The notes below the pieces were generated by a model that was not told the DNA's origin, searched no databases, and saw only the letters and a program-made list of their open reading frames with translations. Made by a program: the position numbers and the translations under genes. From an uncultured virus (IMG/VR IMGVR_UViG_3300038365_000169) (lineage: Duplodnaviria; Heunggongvirae; Uroviricota; Caudoviricetes), in IMG/VR virus record IMGVR_UViG_3300038365_000169: 64,000 nucleotides of DNA; one strand, written 5' to 3'. This document shows positions 58,117 to 64,000 of this stretch, piece by piece. Positions within the stretch are counted from its first letter, which is position 1. Each line of letters opens with the position of its first letter.

Positions 58117-58476
58117 CTAGCCTTTATTCCCCTGGATAAGTGCATAAAGACCAAGATAAAGCTCGTCAATCATGGCGTCAGCACCCTCCCCAAAAATAAC
58201 CCCTAGGTCCCTTTGAACCTCCTCAGGTTGAATGCGCTGCTTGTGCATTGCGCCCTCAACAACTCCCTTGACCATCTCTGGTTCGGCGCCCTTTGCGTCA
58301 AGAGAGGAAAGCAATATGTCCTCGACCATCATGTCAAAAGTGACCTGAATGTCCTCGCCCACTGATGGAATTTTGTCACCAACTCTGACGATCGTCTGGG
58401 CAAGTGACTGCAGCATGGAGAGGTACTTTTGCCCCTCAGAAATTCCATTTAATGGTGCAATGTTCATGTCGCTCAT
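58117..58476 (-). CDS. Hypothetical protein
   Basis: 119 aa, GGAGG RBS. Confidence 0.55.
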   Translation of the reverse strand: MSDMNIAPLNGISEGQKYLSMLQSLAQTIVRVGDKIPSVGEDIQVTFDMMVEDILLSSLDAKGAEPEMVKGVVEGAMHKQRIQPEEVQRDLGVIFGEGADAMIDELYLGLYALIQGNKG

Positions 58477-58544
58477 GTTAACCCTCCTTTGTAATATTAT
58501 GATGTATGTTCCCTTTTATATTTGTTATCATCCATAGCGTATAT

Positions 58545-58916
58545 TTACGCACATTTGCTCCATAAATACTCCAGCAATTCGAATGCGTTCTCCGCTAGAA
58601 GGTTCACAAAAATTTTCTCGCTGCTCCTGTACATTCTCTCCACCACAGGCCCATGCTCAACATTCACCCCGAATGCTAGAGGGCACAGCGTTGTTCCCTC
58701 CACGTTTATGGTGCTGAACTCTGATGCATGGAGCTCCACATATTCCTTTACGCGCTTCATGGTGATTTCGTCTGCTACAAAGGGTATGTAGATGGAGTGG
58801 GCACAGCTCTTCCCATGAGCTCCTACCTCACGGACCAGCTTGCTGTCCACAAAAAGGCTTTTGACCAGCTCCATGCCCATGGTGATGCCTCCCTCTTTTT
58901 CGTCCATTTGTGCCAT
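58545..58916 (-). CDS. Hypothetical protein
   Basis: ORF in operon; start probably MGMEL behind GGGAGG. Confidence 0.5.
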   Translation of the reverse strand: MAQMDEKEGGITMGMELVKSLFVDSKLVREVGAHGKSCAHSIYIPFVADEITMKRVKEYVELHASEFSTINVEGTTLCPLAFGVNVEHGPVVERMYRSSEKIFVNLLAENAFELLEYLWSKCA

Positions 58917-60467
58917 TTACTGCTGCATGCCGGCAAGGTCGCTTTTGTTCTCCTCCAGCCATTTCTTCAGGGGAAACCATGGCTTGCCCTTAAGCGCAGG
59001 ATCTTCGGTCCAAAACTCGTTACCCTCACGCCTGTATGGTATCCCCAGAAGCTCTAAGTAGTGCTCATATCGGTCTGAAAGCTCCTTGATCTGCTCGGGT
59101 GTTTTGCCCGCCTTGATGTGGTTATGCCCGTCCCAATGGCTGTCACGTGGCTTGGAAATTTTGAAGTATGAGCTACGGCTGAACTGAGCCATGAACTCCA
59201 CGTTGGAGAATCTTTGGTTGATTCGTCCGTACAGGTCGGGCTCTAAGGCCTTCACCGTGGCCACCTGCCTGATGGCAGCATAGTTTAAAAGTGAGCCGAC
59301 ACGTTGGTCCCCAATGCCGATGCCTGCTTCATACATCTTCTCATAGATGTCATTTACGTCCCAGTCTGTGGCGGACAGAAGACGCCATACATCAGCGGTG
59401 GTCATGTCAAACACCGGAGAGCATACGTTTACACCTTGATTCCTGCTGTAGTTTCCGGTGGTGTACTCACCCTGGGAAAGAATTACACGTCGGTCCAATG
59501 ATTCCTCCGCACGTAGTGATATGAGGCTGGTGGATACAAAGCCTCTCTCGTCTGCCTCCAAAAACCATACGTCGTACTTTAGGTCATACTCCTCCTCAAG
59601 ACGTCTTTTGATGGCTTCCTGCCCCACAAGATCGTCAGATGAGACCAAACGGGTCGTTTCGTAGAAGTATAGGGAGTAGTCGTCCTGCTCCTCCTTCTCA
59701 TGGCAGCCTGGCTTGAAGTTTTTCAGCATGGGTCCGCGTCCATAGTTTGAAACTGCAAGAACCTGCTGAAGTGGATTTCCGTCCTTTACGCCGAATAGCT
59801 GGTCCTCAGCCACATAGAAGCAGTGGTTGCTTTGGCGGTGAAATTCCTGAGCTTCTGACTTTAATGACTCCAGTGGTACAGGGTTGGACACGGCTAGATT
59901 CTCCACATGCACACAGTCAAACCCGTGAAGGTCCTCCCTGGTGGGCATGGGTTGAACCCACATGTCCATCTTGGATGGATCCCATGATATCAATATCCCG
60001 CTGTCAAAAGATACGCCGCTCTGCCATGCAAGAGGTAAGCATATCCAGTTGAACTCGACAAGATCTAACCCTTCTGGCCCCATGCGGCCTAGAAACCTCT
60101 TGGTGTAGTCGTTGGAGCTGGTCCAGCATACCTCTGCATCGGTCATCATGCCGTGCAGCCTTTTGCCGTACCATTTTTGGTCCAAAGGGTCCACCCCTTC
60201 CTTGCCGTACCTGTCCACCCCTGCCTCCACGCGAAGCTTGCGCAGATGGAGCTCTAAACAGGCTAAATTGGCGGAAAGAGTGCTGTCCTTGCCGGCAGAA
60301 AAGCCGAAAAATAGCCCGTTCCCTGATGTGAAGTCAAAAATTTTCTCTAAACGCTTTACTGCGGCAGCTATGGTGGTCTTGGGATGCTTCTCGCACCACT
60401 CATAGATGTTCCAGCCGGTGGGAATCATAGCTTCGCAGTTTTTGCGCTGAATTTCCTTAATGTCCAT
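58917..60467 (-). CDS. PAPS-reductase-like PP-loop protein (YbdN/IbrA/DUF3440-like)
   Basis: FSAGKDS, WICLP, SLRAEESLDR, SPVFDMTTADVW, QRVG. Confidence 0.75.
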   Translation of the reverse strand: MDIKEIQRKNCEAMIPTGWNIYEWCEKHPKTTIAAAVKRLEKIFDFTSGNGLFFGFSAGKDSTLSANLACLELHLRKLRVEAGVDRYGKEGVDPLDQKWYGKRLHGMMTDAEVCWTSSNDYTKRFLGRMGPEGLDLVEFNWICLPLAWQSGVSFDSGILISWDPSKMDMWVQPMPTREDLHGFDCVHVENLAVSNPVPLESLKSEAQEFHRQSNHCFYVAEDQLFGVKDGNPLQQVLAVSNYGRGPMLKNFKPGCHEKEEQDDYSLYFYETTRLVSSDDLVGQEAIKRRLEEEYDLKYDVWFLEADERGFVSTSLISLRAEESLDRRVILSQGEYTTGNYSRNQGVNVCSPVFDMTTADVWRLLSATDWDVNDIYEKMYEAGIGIGDQRVGSLLNYAAIRQVATVKALEPDLYGRINQRFSNVEFMAQFSRSSYFKISKPRDSHWDGHNHIKAGKTPEQIKELSDRYEHYLELLGIPYRREGNEFWTEDPALKGKPWFPLKKWLEENKSDLAGMQQ

Positions 60468-60496
60468 ACGTTACCTCCTTCATAAGTTTTATTGCT

Positions 60497-60517
60497 CCCT
60501 TATATTAAGCAAGTTTT
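60497..60517 (-). promoter_or_regulatory. Conserved upstream motif AAAACTTGCTTAATATAAGGG
   Basis: About 30 bp upstream of the 60467 start; matches the 37541 copy. Confidence 0.6.
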
Positions 60518-60538
60518 AGCAGATGCAGTTGCATGATT

Positions 60539-61042
60539 TTATGCACCATATTCCTCCGTTTCGGCCAAAAATGTCTCCACATCCTGGACGGCAATGCTTT
60601 CGCCAAGCTCCTCCATATACCCAACAATCCCGTCCACCGTCATCTCCACATGAAGAATTTCCTCCAGTAGAAATCTGAGGTTTTCAAGCTTTTCTGGGTT
60701 GGTGTCAAGCATTTTGGTCCTTATGCATCCTCCCAGTGATAGGTAGCTGATGCTTATGTTGAAAAATCTGTTGCTGCCATCATGAATGAACTCCAACCCC
60801 TCATAGTTGCTGATGTAGTCCAATGCATCGTCATTTATGTCGAGGCTGCACTCCATGCATATTTCCTTAATTTCGCCCTCAAGACGCGTAATGGTGTCAA
60901 TATCCTGAGTGGCAATTGCATCTATGCCGTTGAATATTAGCGCAGCACCTCCTACAACCTTTAGATATAGAGTGATGCCCCTGCGCTGAAGCATCCTGTC
61001 TAGGCCGTGAAGCCCCTCATATATTTCCTCCATGTGTTTCAT
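60539..61042 (-). CDS. Nucleotidyltransferase-fold protein
   Basis: VVGGAAL...ATQDID. Confidence 0.65.
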   Translation of the reverse strand: MKHMEEIYEGLHGLDRMLQRRGITLYLKVVGGAALIFNGIDAIATQDIDTITRLEGEIKEICMECSLDINDDALDYISNYEGLEFIHDGSNRFFNISISYLSLGGCIRTKMLDTNPEKLENLRFLLEEILHVEMTVDGIVGYMEELGESIAVQDVETFLAETEEYGA

Positions 61043-61054
61043 GGTTTAAACCTC

Positions 61055-61279
61055 CTATTCCTCCGTTTCATGCAACCTTCTGTATATTTGCTCGGACCTT
61101 TTGGCCATCTTGACCCTTAGCCCCTCTACCCTCTTCAGCTCCTCAGGGTTAAGCTTGTCCTTTCTGCCCTTAAGCTTGCTGTTGTATGAGATCATGCGGT
61201 GGTATGACTCCATAAAGTTCATGTATTCTCTCTCGAGACCCTCCATGTCCTTCTCGTTGCGAAACCTCTCATAGTCCAT
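61055..61279 (-). CDS. Hypothetical small helical protein
   Basis: 74 aa, AAAGGA RBS. Confidence 0.5.
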   Translation of the reverse strand: MDYERFRNEKDMEGLEREYMNFMESYHRMISYNSKLKGRKDKLNPEELKRVEGLRVKMAKRSEQIYRRLHETEE

Positions 61280-61393
61280 GGATATCTTCCTTTCGCCTAG
61301 TTTTTTATATTAGCCTAAGCCTAGATTGAATATAACAAGTAGATATGGTCATAATTTAACGTTTGGTAGAACGTTTTTATAAGGAGCGACAAA

Positions 61394-62281
61394 ATGAATG
61401 GTATGATTAATAATACGGAACATACAGAGTTATTAAGCATGGCCATAATACACACTACATGGCGTGATTATGCGCTTATGATGCTGAATTCCACCGCTGA
61501 TCCCTTGCGCTCCATCTGGAGGGAAAAGATCACCGCTAGCATCATAAGCTGTGAGTTTAAAGCACTTGCCCTCTCGGAGGGAAGCATTGCTGGTTTGGAA
61601 ATTATGGCCTCCTTGCCAAGATGGTTGACTGAAATGTGCTGTGATGACCATTGGTCTGACTTTGAAAAGCATGAGCGCATTCCCGGCTCCAAGCGCATAG
61701 CGGTTTGCTTGAGGCACTATCCACAGGAAAGCTTAACGCATGAGGCGTTCAAATGCATAGACTATCTAGTGGAGCACTGGGATGAGCTTGGCAGGGAGAT
61801 GGTGATGGGGACCCCATTGCTCAAAAGAATGTGGGACCTATCCCAATGGGCCAAGGGCGACTGTTTATATCCTGATGAGGTGCTCACCTACACCCTGGAC
61901 AAACCATTGGACCCCAAGATGGATGGCGGGTGGATAGACGCATCTTTGGATGTGTTTGAGAACGGCAGACCCAGCCACAAATGGGACAAATACTGGCTTT
62001 CGGACAAAATTGACTGGTTTCCGTTTGTGGGCAACAAAAATGACAGAATACGCAAGCTTTACTTTATGAACACCGCCAAGATTATGCTAAAGGAGGACAT
62101 GCTTGGATGCCCATCCTGGAAGAGGTTATGCATATGCATGCTGAAGAATGACATCAGCATGAAGTATGCCGGCTTCTCCATGACCTATAGGGAGCGATTA
62201 GCACGTGAGGCAGCAATGGAAGCTTTTGGCAATTTAGAGGGCAAGGCCAGAAAGATTGTGGAGGACCATTTAGAGGAATGA
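61394..62281 (+). CDS. Hypothetical protein, paralog of 56451..57509
   Basis: HTTWRDYALMMLNST...YPQESL...WKRLCICMLKNDISMKYAGF...RERLAREAA; AAGGAG RBS. Confidence 0.75.
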   Translation: MNGMINNTEHTELLSMAIIHTTWRDYALMMLNSTADPLRSIWREKITASIISCEFKALALSEGSIAGLEIMASLPRWLTEMCCDDHWSDFEKHERIPGSKRIAVCLRHYPQESLTHEAFKCIDYLVEHWDELGREMVMGTPLLKRMWDLSQWAKGDCLYPDEVLTYTLDKPLDPKMDGGWIDASLDVFENGRPSHKWDKYWLSDKIDWFPFVGNKNDRIRKLYFMNTAKIMLKEDMLGCPSWKRLCICMLKNDISMKYAGFSMTYRERLAREAAMEAFGNLEGKARKIVEDHLEE

Positions 62282-62293
62282 AAGATGTATGTA

Positions 62294-62315
62294 CAGGGGT
62301 CGGCTAAGACCCCTG
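62294..62315. terminator. Hairpin between convergent genes
   Basis: CAGGGGTC-GGCTAA-GACCCCTG. Confidence 0.5.
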
Positions 62316-62320
62316 CCTGC

Positions 62321-62638
62321 CTAAAATGTGGGCAGGTTGTAGAGTGCCTTGGTCGGGTCATCTGTGGGGTTTGCACGAAGAATTTCCGCTGGGTTGTCCC
62401 CGCGTGTGCGTCCAACATTCACACCCTGAATGCCCTTGGTCTTGGCGTACTCCACCGCTTCCTCCTTGCTGAGCTCCATGCCGTTGCTCAGCTTGTAGTC
62501 CGTTATGATGCCTGCTTCGGTCTTTCTGACGGCTACCACCGTAGGTTGCCCTTCATCCTTCGGTGCTCCATTATTTCTGTTGTAATAATTTTCCTGCCCG
62601 TTGGGCATGATTTCTTTACCATTAACGGTGTTTTGCAT
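62321..62638 (-). CDS. DUF3892-domain protein
   Basis: ITDYKLSNGMELSKEEAV...LRANP...LYNLP. Confidence 0.7.
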   Translation of the reverse strand: MQNTVNGKEIMPNGQENYYNRNNGAPKDEGQPTVVAVRKTEAGIITDYKLSNGMELSKEEAVEYAKTKGIQGVNVGRTRGDNPAEILRANPTDDPTKALYNLPTF

Positions 62639-62824
62639 CTTTAAATTCTCCTTTGTTTTTATTCATACGTCCTGGAGCTTGTCCATAAATGGACGTATGT
62701 ACCCCGCCTAGATGCGGGACAAAGGTTAGATCTCACCGCTATGATAATGAATCATGCCTATCCTCTTATATAGAACTAATGCTAAATTTTGGCCGAGATA
62801 TGGGCATGGGCATTAAACCATCTG

Positions 62825-63019
62825 CTAGAAATGATGCTTTATCCCGGCCTGCTGCATTATTACGTTTGCAATGTGCCTGGACTTTATCTTTCCGTCAACG
62901 GTAAAGTTAAGGTTGCTCTTGGGGCTGAACCATATGTCATGGTCACCCTTGCCATGCCTGACAAACTTGCAGCCATGCTCCTTGAGAACCTGTCTTACCT
63001 TCTTTTCGTACTCTGCCAT
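62825..63019 (-). CDS. hicA: HicA-family toxin
   Basis: LKEHGCKFVRHGKGDHDIW...IMQQAGI. Confidence 0.85.
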   Translation of the reverse strand: MAEYEKKVRQVLKEHGCKFVRHGKGDHDIWFSPKSNLNFTVDGKIKSRHIANVIMQQAGIKHHF

Positions 63020-63259
63020 CTACGCACGTAGCCTTTCTACCCTTTGTGACACAAAGCGAATGGAAGAGCCCGTTGGGTCAGTTATGCCGCAGTTAAGCTC
63101 CAAAAGCTCTGGCACTGCATTTTTGACCCTTTCCATGAGTGCATCAACAGAACCTGCCTCCATAGCTAGGCCCTTTACGTTTTCGCTGGTGGCGATCCAA
63201 ACATATGCTTCAGAGTCCCAGTTCAGATTAACCAAATATTCCATAAAGATCACCTCCAT
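63020..63259 (-). CDS. HicB-like/DUF1902 antitoxin
   Basis: WDSEAYVWIATSENVKGLAMEAGSVDALMERV...PELL; directly upstream of hicA. Confidence 0.8.
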   Translation of the reverse strand: MEVIFMEYLVNLNWDSEAYVWIATSENVKGLAMEAGSVDALMERVKNAVPELLELNCGITDPTGSSIRFVSQRVERLRA

Positions 63260-63322
63260 ATTTTTCTTGACTTATACATTATATGGAACTAATGTCAAAG
63301 CAAATGATTTGCAGTATGCCAG

Positions 63323-63841
63323 CTATGCTAAAATCTTAAAGTCTGGGTTCTCAAGCTGTAGCAGCGATAGCTTTATGTCTAATCCGGCAGAATATCCGGC
63401 TAATGAGCCGTTTTTGCCCACCACCCTATGGCAGGGGACAAAAATAATCAGAGGGTTTCTGCCTATGGCAAAGCCTACAGCCCTTAGATGCATGCCCTTG
63501 CCGTTGGCCTGAGAAACCTCCTTGCCAACATCTAAATAGTTGGATGTTTTCCCGTAGCCTATGCTTGATACAGCCTTCCATACCTGCATCTGATACTCCG
63601 TTCCCTGAACCAGCAATGAAACGTCCTTTAGATTGGGGTTCTTACCGTCAAAATATAGGTCAAGCCAGCTCTTTGCGGCGCATATGGCGTGGTCGTCACC
63701 TTGCACTAAATCTCCCTGAAGCACCTTGCTTTCGTTTAGCTGACCCTTAAAGCATGCTCCAACAAGATTCATTCCGTTTGAAACCAACATGATGTCTCCA
63801 AGTGGGGATTCGTACCTAGACACTGATAGCCTTTGAACCAT
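63323..63841 (-). CDS. ogt: Methylated-DNA--protein-cysteine methyltransferase
   Basis: SPLG, GTEYQMQVW, RAVG..NP, active site PCHRV. Confidence 0.92.
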   Translation of the reverse strand: MVQRLSVSRYESPLGDIMLVSNGMNLVGACFKGQLNESKVLQGDLVQGDDHAICAAKSWLDLYFDGKNPNLKDVSLLVQGTEYQMQVWKAVSSIGYGKTSNYLDVGKEVSQANGKGMHLRAVGFAIGRNPLIIFVPCHRVVGKNGSLAGYSAGLDIKLSLLQLENPDFKILA

Positions 63842-63844
63842 AGC

Positions 63845-64000
63845 CTATGCCATCTCCTTGAGCCCAAGAAGATCATATATTTTGCCATGCTCCCATGTTC
63901 CAACGGCTTTCAGCTCTCCATCGACCTCAAAGGCTCTGTAGAACCTGCTGTCAAAACCGTATAAAGCGCTACCAGGCTTGCCGGATGCAAGAGCTGCTCC
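63845..64000 (-). CDS. C-terminal end of an unknown CDS (partial)
   Basis: Open minus frame from window edge: GAALASGKPG...LLGLKEMA*. Confidence 0.45.
   Translation of the reverse strand, partial: GAALASGKPGSALYGFDSRFYRAFEVDGELKAVGTWEHGKIYDLLGLKEMA

Noticed and set aside
755..63750. Numerous plus-strand ORFs of 60-230 aa in the ORF track
   Set aside because: They are antisense shadows of well-supported minus-strand genes, without RBS or motifs
1..64000. Prophage or jumbo-phage structural module
   Set aside because: No terminase, portal, capsid, tail, lysin or integrase recognised here; cannot be excluded outside the window

Overview
Gene-dense window, almost entirely on the minus strand, from a large Firmicutes-type (Clostridia-like RBS and gene families) mobile replicon. 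It is most likely a conjugative megaplasmid or phage-plasmid and not a host chromosome; no virion genes, rRNA, tRNA or CRISPR array were recognised. It carries its own replication and repair set: split DnaE, DnaB, DnaG, two DEDDh exonucleases, RNase H, SbcCD, RadA, a two-subunit type II topoisomerase, DinG, a PD-(D/E)XK nuclease and an AEP/PriCT Rep-like protein. It also carries a dispersed Tad/Flp-type pilus with a VirD4-like coupling protein and a Replic_Relax-like protein. The most striking content is two divergent sets of multisubunit RNA polymerase genes. Set 1 is beta + beta'N (catalytic NADVDGD) + beta'C. Set 2 is beta + beta'C; both carry an N-terminal Cys/His tag shared with an unrelated protein, and this beta'C has two mini-inteins in the bridge helix and trigger loop. 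An FtsK-like ATPase is fractured into pieces that end in very short intein-N-like tails resembling those inteins. A conserved AATATAA(GGG) upstream motif is a candidate promoter for the element's own polymerase. All calls come from motif reading only; no database searches were run.
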